Shown one piece after another: positions 36,226-48,635 of a DNA stretch of 64,000 nt. Within the stretch, counting starts at the first letter, position 1. Every line of letters begins with the position of its first letter. Source of the stretch: Felis catus (lineage: Eukaryota); contig NC_058382.1 of NCBI RefSeq assembly GCF_018350175.1, forward strand, positions 59,274,001-59,338,000. Reading direction: 5' to 3'. The notes beneath the pieces were generated by a model that made no database searches, was not told the DNA's origin, and worked only from the letters and a program-made list of their open reading frames with translations. The translations under genes were made by a program, and so were the position numbers.

Positions 36226-36979
36226 CAGCCCCGGGTCACAGGGTGCTGGACGCATGGCCGGGGAACCTGGCCATAAAAGCCAGTCGTGAATTTTCTGGTG
36301 ACAGACCGATAGGGATATTGCTGGGGGACAAAATCCACCCCTCTTTTACAACTGCCCTGACGTGTTTATAGACGCACGCATTTGATGGGCGAGGGGAGGG
36401 GAGAGGGCCTCCCCCTCCCCCCCCCACCCCCGCCGCCACCGCTGTGCAGGGCTGAGCCCAACCACTGCAGAAAAGTGAGGGAAGCCACCCGGCACGAATG
36501 ATCTCTACAAAAGCAGGTTCCAGGGTTGATCTTTGCCACATGTGGCACCCAGGCCCTGGCTGGCTTTAAAGCCCCGTCTAGAAAGCGAAGTGGAAGTCAG
36601 CAGGGAATGGGAAGTCTGCGTCCCAAAACCTCATTGCTCAGACACCCGTGGGCCTGACCTCGGTTCCCGCCCCACACTGCGGCCTCCGAGCACAGAGACT
36701 GGCGGCTGGAGCCCTTGGGGGAAGCCCCCGGGCCTGAGAAAGAGCCAGAATGCTGACCGCAAGCCCGAGTCCTGGACCCTGGCACCCCAGCGCTTTCCCC
36801 GAGGGGCATTTCTCCCATGACCAGTGTTTGTGCAGCACGGCTGTGGACGCTGGGGCAGGGTCCTGAACGCGGCTTCTGTTCTCCTGGGGCACAGGATGAA
36901 TCCCCCTGCTCCCAGACGGAGACAAAACACCCCAAAGGCAGCTCAAAAGATAAACTTTGGGCTGTGTGGGAAGTGGAGC

Positions 36980-37387
36980 CCAGACTAGGGATTCGGGGGT
37001 GCCCCGTGAGGAAGGGGCCGGGGTCCAGAGTGGGGATTCAGGGGTGCCCCGTGAGGGAGGGGCCAGGGGTCCGGACTGGGGATTTGGGGGTGCCCCGTGA
37101 GGAAGGGGCCAGGGGTCCAGACTGGGGATTTGGGAGTGCCCCGTGAGGAAGGGGCCGGGGTCCAGACTGGGGATTCGGAGGCGCCCCGTGAGGAAGGGGC
37201 CAGGGGTCCAGACTGGGGATTTAGGGGTACCCTGTGAGGAAGGGGCCGGAGTCCAGACTGGGGGTTTGGGGGTGCCCCGTGAGGAAGGGGCCAGGGATCC
37301 AGACTGGGGATTTGGGAGTGCCCCGTGAGGAAGGGGCCGGGGGTCCAGAGTGGGGATTTGGGGGTGCCCCGTGAGGAAGGGGCCAGG
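36980..37387. repeat. G-rich minisatellite/VNTR, 9 units of 45-46 bp (CCAGACTGGGGATTTGGGGGTGCCCCGTGAGGAAGGGGCCAGGGGT)
   Basis: Units start at about 36980, 37025, 37071, 37117, 37162, 37208, 37253, 37299 and 37345 and are highly similar. Confidence 0.98.
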
Positions 37388-38164
37388 AGCAGCCATGGGG
37401 GGTGGCCTCCAGATGCCTGAAGGGTTCGAGGTCTGCCCTGTGCACAGGTCCACTGGCCAGCAGAGCAGCTCACCTTTGTGGGTGGCGCCCGGACTGGACA
37501 AGCTGTTTATAGAAGTGGGGGGACACTGGCTGTGTCTGGACCAATTGAGGAAGGGCCGAGTTCGCAGTCGGGACTGGTACCCACCCACTCGATCATGCCC
37601 AGCAGGACCTTGCCCGAGAGCATAACCAGGACATAGCCCCCTCACCTCCCCCTCTCCACCCAGCAAGGGCTCCCACAGCCACTGGTGTAGGTTTGGAGGG
37701 ACATTCTGAGCTGGTCAGTGGAATGTCTCCTTGTGTCAAGAAGCAATTACCTGCAATTATTATGCAAGCTTCTGATCACTGCACGTTGGCTAATTCGTTA
37801 CAAATTGCTCAGGCAATAAATCACCTTGGGCAGAAAGACCTCCATCCTGTGGAATGTGGGCTGGTTACCGACAGGGAGGCAGGGAGGTGACCCGGCTGCC
37901 CCACAGAGGTGGTTGTCCTTGACTCGGAGGTTTTCTGACATGTCTCTTGAAACGCCAGCAACGTGGCGGAGAGGGGCAGCGGCCCACGGTGCGCTACAGG
38001 CGCTTGGGCGGGGGGTCGGGTAAGTGCGGTTGCTTGAAGGTGTGCAGGCACCAGGTCTCCGCGCCCCCAGACCTGGAGGTGGTGGCTGAAAGCCTCCCTG
38101 TGCCGTTGGCCACTCGCCACGTGCCCTGGGCACCGGCAGCATCAGACAGACTGGCCGCTGAGGC

Positions 38165-38472
38165 TACTTGGAAACAGCGTCTTCGCAGATGTGATTAGTT
38201 AAGATAAGGTCACATTGGATGATGGTGGCCCTAAAAAAAGGCACGCGAAGACAGAGACACAGAGAGGGCGGAAGAGGCCACGTGAGCGTGGAAGCAGAGG
38301 TGGAGGGACGCAGCCACAAGCCAAGGGACGCCTGGAGCCACTGGAGGCTGGAAGAGGCACCAGAAACCCTGCCCACGTGATTGTGACCCGTGGCCCCCGG
38401 GACCGGGGGACACAACACGCCTGTCGTTGTAAGCCCCCAGGCCGTGACAGCGCGTTGCCACAGCCCCAGGAG
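38165..38472 (+). mobile_element. MaLR solo LTR fragment (MLT1B/C-like)
   Basis: TTGGAAACAGCGTCTTCGCAGATGTGATTAGTTAAGATAAGGTCACATTGGAT, GCAGCCACAAGCCAAGGGACGCCTGGAGCCAC..GCTGGAAGAGGCA and TGTCGTTGTAAGCC. Confidence 0.85.
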
Positions 38473-39839
38473 GAGGGTGTGGTGCCCCCAGACTGCTCAC
38501 CGGGCTCTAACTTAGCCTGGCCCGCAGCGTCAATGCCGCGGCAACCACCATCTACCCAGGCAGACTCTTCCTGCCCCGGAGAGGCAACAATAGCCGGACG
38601 CGTGCAGCTGCGGCAAGATGCCCAAAGACACCAAGTGGAAGGGGCAGGGGAACCGTGAGGCTGGGGGCGTCTCCTCCGTGTGAGGCCTGGAGAAGACTGT
38701 GCTTTCTGCCTTTGCAATGGCCGTGGCTGCTCCAGAGCCCCAGACCCGGGGGCTCCCAGGCGGTGCCCCAGGCAGCGGAGCAGACCACGGGATACGGCAT
38801 CCGACCACGGCATTTGCCTGGCTGTTTAGGGAGCAGGACCTCGTCTGCCCCCTGGAACCTAAATACAGATGTGTAGGGGTCAGAGGCTGGGGCTAATTAG
38901 CTTAGGAAGGCCACGTACACTTGACCGGAGCCATGAAGGTCATCAGGAGACCCCAAGATGCCCCTGTGCTATTTTTAGCCTTGAGGGCCCGCGTGATTAG
39001 GCCACGGCTTCAGCGTGGCCCAGGACGGCTGGGGGGAGGGGCTCTGCCGAAGAGGATGGAGGGAGAGAAGGAGAGGTCATGCAGATGTGTGACAAAGGGG
39101 CACTTTGGAAGACACCAGCCAGCCAGCCAGCCAAGGCCTGGGGACAGGGAAGCCAGTGTTCACTGGGACTTTTTATTTGCCCTCTCTATTAACGTTCACA
39201 GCGACCCTGTGGCTGCCGGCTCCCTCTCAACGCTGGGGAAACTGAGGCACGCAGTGATTAAGTGCCCTGCACAATGAGCCCATCATACCATCAGGTGGTC
39301 CTCCAGACCCCTGCACTAGAGGGAAGCTACCTTAGCCGGGTATTGTGGGGTAGAAGATACTTCGATATAACACTGTGGGGTGCACGTGCAGCTGGGGGGC
39401 ACTGGCGCTCCCAACCGGGGGCTTCCAGGGCAGGTGGTTGAGAGGTCAAAGGTTCAAACCCACTCCATCACTTCCCGCGGGAGCAGGTGGCTCATGCGTG
39501 CGCAGCCTCAGGGCCTCGGTTGTACAATGCAGATTCACGGCCCAGGGGCAGGGGTGAAATGAGCGACACACACACACGAGGGGCTTAGCGCATCCCCCGG
39601 AGCGGGCCAGTGCTCTACAGGGCCTCCTGTGACACCCCGGCCACCCCAGTCTAGGACAGGAGTGTGCCAGTGACAGAGGCAGAGGCCTTGCAAGGCCGCC
39701 CAGAGACGGGGTGGCCCACAGGGCAGGGGCGGGTGAAGCCGAGGAGGAAGGGGGGACAAGGCCGGCCAGCCGGGCCGGCTCCACGGCTGCGACATCCCGA
39801 GTGTGGGGCCCCGGCCGAGGGCTGGGACTCTGAGTGCAG

Positions 39840-40255
39840 GGAGACGGGAGATTAATGGAGCTCCGATTACAGGGAGATAGGGCTTTCTGATGGCTTGCGG
39901 GGGCCCCCTTTGCGGGATTAGTATTTATTACGGCCTGAATTAGCTGGCAAGGAGGCCGGCTTCTGTGGAGACGGTCAGCAGAGCCTCGAAGCATAATGTT
40001 CCTTTTGTTGCTTCGTAAACACAGCCGAGACTCCCTCCACTTCCTCCCGCCCCCTCTCAAGCCTGTCCTTTTATGCCTTTTAAACCTTTAATCAGAGGCT
40101 AATTGGGCAGAGTAATAACAAATCCTTTCAGCTCTGCCCATCCAGAGCCCTGCCCGGAGGTGACCGAGGTGGCAAGGCCTAGAACAGCCCCGGCGGTGCC
40201 CAGCAGGGCAGAACCTCACGTGTGTTCTGAGCTACGGGATAATTAATGCCCCGGC
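39840..40255. promoter_or_regulatory. Candidate homeodomain/FOX/ETS enhancer
   Basis: AGATTAATGG (39849), GGATTA (39915), GTAAACA (40015), CACTTCCT (40038), CTAATTG (40099) and TAATTAAT (40240) in non-repeat sequence. Confidence 0.45.
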
Positions 40256-40269
40256 TAAAACAAGGGGAG

Positions 40270-40396
40270 AAATGCCGTCACGAGGAGTGTCACCACGGCT
40301 GCACGTCCTCTAGGGGGAGCCGTCTTACCCTCGCCTCTGGAATGGCATCCAGAGCTGTGCAGTGCACAGCCTGTGCAACCACATACAGCACCCTAT
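40270..40396. mobile_element. MER91-like hAT-Tip100 MITE remnant
   Basis: End GCTGTGCAGTGCACAGCCTGTGCAACCACATACAGCACCCT and internal CTGCAC..TAGGGGGAGCC..GAATGGCATCC resemble MER91 as recalled. Confidence 0.55.
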
Positions 40397-40484
40397 TTCT
40401 ACAGCAACCAGGTAAAACAGAAATGCAAAGATACACATTCGGTGTCAGCGGTGGCAGAGTCAAGGTGACTTTTGTTTTCTAATT

Positions 40485-40680
40485 GTTCTACAGTGAAGGT
40501 GCTTGCCAAACATACCAGGCCTAGTTCCAAGTGCTTGGTATGCATTAACTCTGTTAATATGCACAACAATCCTACGAGCTGGGCATTATTATAACCCCAT
40601 TTTACAGATGAGGCACTGAGGCACCATGTAACAGGTAATGGATCGCCAAGCTGGCCACTCCTAACTCTATACTCCCAACT
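40485..40680 (-). mobile_element. MIR SINE
   Basis: CACAACAATCCTACGAG..ATTATTATAACCCCATTTTACAGATGAGGCACTGAGGCAC. Confidence 0.8.
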
Positions 40681-41949
40681 GCCAAGGTTAAATTTCCTCT
40701 TACCATTCCATCCCCCAATGAAGTAAACTACACTGATTTTAAGTGACCCAGCCAACCTCCACCTCTAGCATTTCAGTGGCCTCTCCGCTTGCCCAGGGGA
40801 GTGCTATTGCTTCACTCAGACCCTTTGCTCCCCCTCACACAGTTCTCTGATGCATTTTTCACCTATCAGTGACTTATGCTCTAGCAAGAATTTTAGACAA
40901 TACGTATTCCTCCAGGGACCTAATTTCTAATTGAGTGTTGAGACTCGAGACGGATGGGGAAGCAGCAGAGAGAATTCAGAATGGGAACAGGGAGTTTTGC
41001 TGACGATCCAGATACCAAAATGGCTAGATGCTGCTGAACAGCATCACGACATCCTAACTTTTAGAAACAGAAGGATATTGGTGATCATGGAACGACAATG
41101 TTAGGCATGAGGAGAAAGAGACCCAGGAAGGAAAGCACACAGAGTGAGTCCCTTTACAACTGAAATTGTGAGCCTAATTCAAACATCATCTTCCAGACCT
41201 GGCCTCACGAGGAAAGAGAATACAAACAGCTGAGCAACAGGCCCACGGCCCCAGACTGACCCAGTCCTGAGCCAGGGAAACACCGCTGGACGTGCCACAG
41301 ATGTCGGGAGGCGACAGGTCCCAGGGAGCACGGATCTAAGTGTCCTGCTGCAAGGTGGGAAAGGCGAGGCTGAGAGAGTTAACGACACTGGCCTTCACTC
41401 ACTCGACACCTAGCCCTCATCACAATGAACCTGCAACCCCATAAGGTGGGCAGAAGTTTGGCAAATGCTGGGGGGAGGAAACTGAAGCAGAGTCCTACAT
41501 TGATTCTATCTTAAGTGCAGGATTTTCAGAGCCTTCAATATGCTCACGTGCATTGTGAATCTCCGAGAAATAGACAGGATTGCTGGCTTCCCTGGTTACT
41601 TGGGCAAGGAAACACCTTTTCACGGAGCGTGTCCCGGGACACAGGCCGGTTCTAGATTGGAACCACACACGACATTCCGAGAGCTCTGCCAATTCAGCAT
41701 GTGTGCAAATGCCCAGTAAGTGGTTCCAGCTGTGAGGGCCCTGAATTCCAGAGACAGGGCGAGGTCACCCTGCATCCGTCCACCGGTGCGTGCATGTGTT
41801 GGGGGCTCCTTCTAGTGCAGGACATCGAGCTCCTTGCCAGAGTGGGGTGCAGGCGAGGGCGAGGAAAGTGGGTGTGGTGACACCATCTGTGGGCACAGAC
41901 GAAGCTTCTCTCTGTCCTGGACACAAGGAAGGCTATGTTCCCCAGCCCT

Positions 41950-42275
41950 CCGGCCGCTGGGGAGGGCAGCTTGTGCCTGGTTCTCTGGTCGTGAACCAGA
42001 GCAACATGGGAACGCCCGGGCGGAATCGGTAAGGAGAGGTGGGGCCTTTCTTAGGCTTGCAGCCACGCGGCAAATGTGAAGGCCTCATGCCGAGATGATG
42101 GGGCCGTGAGATGGAACTGGGCCCGCTGCGGCATCACCACATGCAGGACAGCCGCTCGGAAGCTTGCCTGGACCTGTAGCAGGCTTGGCGCGAGCAGGGC
42201 GTCCCCACCCGCCACCGCGCGGAGGCTGGGAGCCTGTTTGTTACTGTGGCTCAGCTAAGCGTGGCCCGGCTGCCG
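41950..42275 (+). mobile_element. Old MaLR LTR (MLT1H/J-like)
   Basis: GAGATGATGGGGCCGTGAGATGGAA..TCACCACATGCAGGACAGCCG..TGTTTGTTACTGTGGCTCAGCTAAGC. Confidence 0.5.
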
Positions 42276-45200
42276 GGGAAGAGCTGGGCAAAGATGGCTG
42301 GATCAGATAGGATGCCTCGCTTGGGGCACAGACTGCTCGGTGGGGAGATCGGATATCGACACGTGTGCCGGACCCAGCTCTCGAAGGGGTTCCGTGAGCT
42401 TCTGGGGAGGTCGCGGGAGGACCAAGCCCCCGCCGCCCCCAGTGACCTCAATCACACAGCCTTCACCTCCCGCCCTCCCTCACTCCCGCGCCCCACATCA
42501 CCTCCCCAGTAAACCACCAACTCCCAAGGGTGCAGGTTGTGGGGAGCCCAGCATAAGACAGGAATGTATTACAGGGATCAGGGATCAGAGCAGAGGGAGA
42601 GAGATACGGGGAGGAGATCTCTGAAAGGGTTTGCAACAGACCCAGGAAATAAAACATAGAAAAGCAAACACTGCTCCACAGAGAAGTGACAGCAAACTGG
42701 CCGGTGATGAAAGCCGCCCCTCACCGGGCCCCTCCTGGGCCAGAACCATCCCCCACCCAGACTCCTCATCGCTTCGCTAAGCTTCCTTGCAAAGGCTTTC
42801 TATTACTTCCTTGATTTTCCAAATCTGGAAACCGAGGCTCAGAGAGGCGCCCTCTTTCCTCCGAACCAGGCAACTTTCCACCCACCCAAAACGTGTTCTG
42901 GGAGAGAAAAGCGGACTCTGAGACCAGCCTACTCCGAGAAGACTTCCCAGAGGAGGTGGACGATTCCAGACATGGAAGCTTTATCAGAATCCCGTGCAAA
43001 TATGCAACGGCACGACTACCCCCCAAGCCGGTGAAGATCCCTGTGCCTGGGTGGGTTCTGTGAGTCCTCGTTCGTTTCCGGCTGAATCCCGGATCACCAG
43101 GACTCTCCAAATGCTCCTTTCCCAAGCCTGGGGGATCCGAAACTCAAGCGCACTGTCAGGAAACAGTCACCCCCCAACGCAGGTCGGCGGCAGTGAAGCA
43201 GAGAGGGGCAGCTGTCTGATCTTTGAGGCCGTGTAGACACCCAGCCCGGACAAGCCCGTCCCGCCCTGGGGCGTCTGCACAACACGGGCTGCCGAGCCGC
43301 TCCCGGAACAGACCCGTGAACAACAGTGTCACGCGAGCCTCGCATCCAGCCGCTGGCCCACCCTGCAGACATCCTCCCCGGCAGGCTGCGTAGACGAGGG
43401 GCAGGCTGCCCTCCCGGAGCTGTCAGGCTGGACGGGCCCCCACCCTGCCCATCCCCTCGGCCCCCCACAGGCCCAGGTACGGACCATCAAAGACCGCTTC
43501 ACTCCCAAATGGGGTTACAAATCAGTCCTTTGCGGGGCCGGTTCCCACAGGACACCCGCTCTGTTGTCAAAGAGTAAAAAGGAAAAGAAAAAGCCGTGAA
43601 GACAAAGGCCTGGTTCCCAGGCAGAGGAGCAAGCCCACAATATTTGTTCAGCGGGCTCGGTGCAGAGCTCCTGCAAGCCCGCGTCCGGAGGCCCGGTGCT
43701 TTGAACTGTCCCTCCCTTTGTTATCCTAAGAGGCTTGACGATAAGCCCACCCAGAACACAGATATTCTCGACTCCAGGCATATGGACTCCATTAATCTGC
43801 CCTCACACCTTTTAAGGGCTCGCAGCTCCTGCCGCCCGCGAGCTCCAGGCAGGGCGAGCGCCCCAGGGTTAATTTTCTTAAATGGATTTTAGTCAGGCGC
43901 GTCCCAGCCCCTTTGGAGTGCAGGAGGTTGACAGCCCGCCCACCAGCCTCGAGCCGTCCTTGGGGTAAAGGCGTCTGCTCGCCCTGCCCCCACCGCTGCG
44001 GTGGACGCCGCCCCCGAGGGACGTGTCCGGTCAAGCGGCCAAGGTGGCTCCTCACGGCGGGGAGGGCCACGGGCTCGCGTCAGAACCTCAGCCCGCCGCC
44101 GGCCGACCGTGTAACCCGGGCACGCACACACCTCGGCGTCTCTGGGCCTCGGTTTCCCCCTCTGTAAAGCCCAGTCAACAGTAACCGCCCTGCGGTGTTG
44201 TTAGTCAGGTGAACACGTGCAGAGCAAGGCTGATGGCTCTGGTGCACAATAGCGCCCACCAGATACCCGTCGACCGGGGAGGGAACGGAGCAAGACCGTC
44301 ACCGGGATGGCACAGAGCGGCGGCTGGGCGGTCCCCAGAGCTTCAGACGGCGGGTCCGACCGAGCCCTGTGATCCTGTGCCGCTGTGCCCGCCTCAGTCT
44401 CCCCGCTGGATGCTCTGCGTCACGGTCCCGGCATCTAAGGGACAGCTGCTGGCCACATCCTTTTAGGCAACACGATACAGCTCCTACAGCCCAGGCCCTG
44501 AGCTGTCACAGAGCAAACTCCTCCTTGGCCGCACACGTGAGGGGAGCACCTCGCCAAGGGTCACTGGACCTCAACAGACCGCCTGCCACAGGCAAGCCGA
44601 GGGTCGCCAGAGGGAGGTGGCCGGGAAGGCGCTGTCCGCCTCTGCTCGGAGCTGTCCTGCCCTTTCCCCTGGAGGGAGAGCGTCAAGGCAGACCCGACAG
44701 TCCATGGGCTGGAGGCTTCACATCGGACATTAAATTGCTGGCACGGAATCCACTAGGCGTTTCTGAGTCCTGTTTCTTAATATTTTTTCTTTTTCCAATA
44801 AAAGAGCATAGGGAAAGGGTAAGTGATCCGGCCCCTGGCCCCGAGAGGCTGTTACTTGGCAAAGAACATGCTTAACATTTAGCAACTTTGGAGTTTCTCT
44901 TTTTTTTTTCTTTTTAATTTAATCTACAAGTGAGACCCTCGGGCTGGTGTTGAGACGGTTTGCATGGAACGCTGAGAGCTCCATCCATGACGAACTTCAG
45001 AGATGGAAAGCGGGAACCCACCTGGCGTCTCCAAGAGGAATGAAATCAGGATGTCAAAGCGACGCCCGGCCTCCCGCGTTCCCGGCAACGCAGTTCGCAG
45101 CAGCCGAGACGGGGAGGCTGCGTCCGCAGGAGGGGAGCGGACGAAGGCAGGGTGGAGACGCACACGTGCAGAGAAGTACCAGCCACGACAGAGAAGGTGA

Positions 45201-46763
45201 CCACGCGGTGGCCCCCGAGGGCGCGTGCCGGGTCACACACAGAGGGACACATCCCGCACGACCTCACTCGAGCGTGGAGGCTCAGCCGGCCGGGGGGGCG
45301 TCTCGGGGGGCTGGAGGGTGGGGTGGGCGCGGGGGTCAAGGCCAGGAGCGCGCAGGCAGGAGCGGAGGAAGCAGCACAAGGACGGCAGCCGACGGCACGA
45401 GAGGAGTCCCACGCGGCCGAGAGGATCCGAAAGGTTCTCACCACAGAAAAGTGGGGACCGTGAGCTGGCAGGGGGGGAGCCGGCCTGCTCGCGGTGGCCG
45501 CTGTGCGACTCGTGTGTGTCTCCGGTCAGCGCGTGGACCCCCAAGCACGCCCGGCATCATCCGTCCATCAGGACTGGGAGACGTGACCCTGCAGCCACTG
45601 ATGATGTAGTTACCAGGAGGGGACGCGTTCCCTCCCTTTGTCCAGTGTCAGCCCGCGAGGGGTGGCCCAGCCACGGCTGCGTGTTGTCACGTGGCTGTGC
45701 TGGTGGTGATGATGGTGTGAGTGTCACGTCGTGGCTACGTTGTGCCCTTGGGTTGTTGTTGGGTTGTTAGTGTGGTGGCGTCGCCGCTGTGTTATCGTCA
45801 CTGTCACATCCTTGTTCCCGTGTCCTCACCGCCGTGTCCTCCCTGCCGGGCGGTTGCACTGACCCTTCTGTCAAACTTCCTGCTCCATCCACCTCGCTGT
45901 GCGCCAGGGAAGGGATTCAGGTGCAAATCCAAGTTTCGCGCTCACTTAAGTTCATACAGCTTGGAGGATGATCATTCACGCACATGCGCGCGCGCACACA
46001 CGACGGGCACACACACACACACAGGCACAATGGCCAAATTTAGTACAATGTAACGTACTGAAAGAAGAAAACAAAACTGACTCCAAAGTTTCAAACTATA
46101 GATACAACAAATACCACACAATGAAAGGAAACAATGTAGCCTTTTATTAAATAACAGCGGTCATCACTCGGCCCCTCCCCTGCACAGCCGTCCCGTAAGA
46201 TGCTCAGATGGCCGTGGGAAGATGTGTGGCCAGTTGGCACTGCCCAGCCCGAGCCTCTGGCCCCGATGCCACGGCTGCCGCATCCTGGCGGGCAGCCTGC
46301 GCCCCAGGGCCCTCATTTCTCCATGCCTCTGGGTCCTCGTCTGTACGACAGGATGCTGCCGGTAGTGGGGACTCCTCCCAGGGCTGGGGGACAATGACGC
46401 GGCAGCTCAGGCTGCCGGGGGTCACGGTCACCTCTGTGGGTCTGGTGACGTGAGCGGCTTCCCGACATCTCCTCCTTGATGGAGCAGGTGAGTCAGAATG
46501 GCGACCGCGTGCACAGTGAGCGTGTGACCATGGCCATCCCGGCACCGGCTGCCGTGCTGGTGCAGGGACACAACTGGGCCAACACGGAAGCAGCCGGCGG
46601 AGCCCGGGCCCCAGAAGCCGGCTCCGGGACGGGCATTAGAGGCGGAGGCGGTCACGTGGGAGGTGGCCGGCGCGGGGAGGTGATGCGGAGAAAACCAAGA
46701 GCCAGCAAGGAGCTGTTTCATCCCACCACGGGGCTGGGGCTCACTCCTTCGGGGAACTGGGGG

Positions 46764-47170
46764 TGTAACGGGTTTCCTGCTGCTGCTGGGACAACTCACC
46801 CCCAGTCTGTCGCTCCAACAACACCGGCCTCGTACCTCCCAGTCCTGCAGGGAGAAGTCCAACGCGGTGGCGGCTCCGCGGGAGAATCTGGTCCTGGCTT
46901 TTCCAGCTTCTGGAGGCACCCAAGTTCCTTGGCCGCAGACCCTCCTCCCCCTTTTGAGCCAGTAGGGATGGCTGGCATCTCTCTCGGGCGGCCTCCCTCT
47001 GCCACTTTTAAGGGCCCTAGTAATCACATGGGGGGGCGTCCAGACAACCCAGAATCACCTCCGTACTGAAGGCCGGCTCGTTAGCAAACTTACTTCCATC
47101 CGCAGCCCCCTCCCCTGGGCCAAGGGAGGGAAGGTGTTCGCAAGTTCCAGGGCTCAAGCCGTTCCTGTGC
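46764..47170 (-). mobile_element. MaLR solo LTR (MLT1D-like)
   Basis: TTTCCTGCTGCTGCTGGGACAA, GGAGAATCTGGTCCTGGCTTTTCCAGCTTCTGGAGGC, CCTCCCTCTGCCACTTTTAAGGGCCCT..TCACAT and TTAGCAAACTTACTTCCATC. Confidence 0.78.
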
Positions 47171-48199
47171 CCCTGAGTAGAATCTGCATCTGGGGATGTC
47201 CCCTCGTGGGAGCAGGTGGCTGGGGGACCTTGGTGGGGCTGCTCCAGGTGCGAATTCTTGTCCACCTATGGCCGCCCTGTGCAAACAGGCTCCTGATGCT
47301 GGAGGAGGACCTCAGGCACAGAGGCCCGGCCCGTGGGGCACAGAAGTCCTGGTGCAGCCCTGCGACCCCTTCCCCCGCGGCACCCAGCGCCACAGGCCTG
47401 GGTCCCCTCTGCTCGCACTTCTGTCCCACCCGGAAGAGGCCGCAGCCACAGAGCCCCCATGGGGGAGGGACTCCCCCGTCCTTGGGCGCATTTCTGTCCA
47501 GCTGCTGGGCTCAGGGACCCAGCTTGAGCCAGAGCAGCGAGGTCTGGGGTCCCAGCGAGGTCGGCAGAGGGCTGGGGGCCCTGCCTCTGGATCTCCCCAG
47601 GAGAAAAGCAGCCACGGCGGGTTGGAGTCAGGCCACGTGACGGAGCCTGCACAGGCAGCAGGAGCGTCCGGCCACCTTGCGGGCAATCCTGTGTCACCCT
47701 TCCCTGCACAAAACCCTCTCCATGCCTCAGATACCACGGGGGCCCCTTTCCACCAGCCCACCCCTTCCAAAAGTGACATTTTGTCAGCCATCTCCTTCCC
47801 AGCCGCCCCCACTTGAGCATGCCCGGCCCAGGCCCACCAGGCTGCAGCACGGTGGGGACACGTTTGGCACCGAGGGGCCCGTGTGTCCAAAGCCACACCA
47901 TTGCAGCTGTGCGGGCTGTGGTTTCAGCCGGCCTCCAGCATCCTCTCCCTGACAAGCGGGTCTCAGAAAGGGCCAGGCCAGAAACTCTCCACCCCGGCAC
48001 AAGCTTCCGCCTTCCCGGCACTCTGCCCCCTTCCCTGGGAGAGCTAAGGCTGGTCCCCAGGGGTCTCCTGCCTCCTCGTGGTGGGCCCGCCCCTCTCTCC
48101 CCCACTCCTCCACATCTTGCTTTCCTCTGTCACTGTCATCATCCTACTCCCGGTTCAGGCAGTGCAGCTCCAGCCAGCAAGGAAGGGGGCTGGGGGCCC

Positions 48200-48258
48200 A
48201 CATGGGGGCCATGGAGGGGGCCACGGAGGGGGCCACTGAGGGGCCGCGGAGGGGGGCG
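48200..48258. repeat. Degenerate 12-bp repeat (GGAGGGGGCCAC)x~4-5
   Basis: ATGGGGGCC ATGGAGGGGGCC ACGGAGGGGGCC ACTGAGGGGCC GCGGAGGGGGG. Confidence 0.75.
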
Positions 48259-48317
48259 TGGATGAGCAGCCCAGGGTGTCTCCTGCAGTGAACATGCTGA
48301 GAGGCTCTCTGCTCCAT

Positions 48318-48635
48318 CACACAGGTGCACAAACACACGCACACAGGTACATGTGCACACACATCCACACATACATGCACGTGTGCACACACACGCACAT
48401 GCATGCGAATGCACACACAAGTGGGAGCGTACTCACATTCACACGTACGCACACTCACACATTTGCACACATGCACACACATCCACACACATTTGTCATA
48501 CACATATGTGCGTGCACATTCACATGCACACACGTACGCACACACATGCTCACGCGTGCGTGTGCACACACATTCACACACACACTTGCTCACACTCACA
48601 CACTCTTGCACACACACTCGCACACACGCACACTC
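48318..48635. repeat. Long degenerate (CA)n / purine-pyrimidine alternating tract
   Basis: About 315 bp of CACA/CATG/CACG units; this is the source of the H/T- and C/V-rich ORFs. Confidence 0.95.

Noticed and set aside
36638..37666. 342-aa ORF, the longest in the window
   Set aside because: It is open only because it crosses the C-rich strand of the 46-bp minisatellite; the peptide cycles through all three frames of the repeat.
44817..44932. Strong donor GG/GTAAGT and a downstream polypyrimidine/AG as an intron
   Set aside because: There is no supporting exon reading frame or partner sites, and such signals are frequent by chance.
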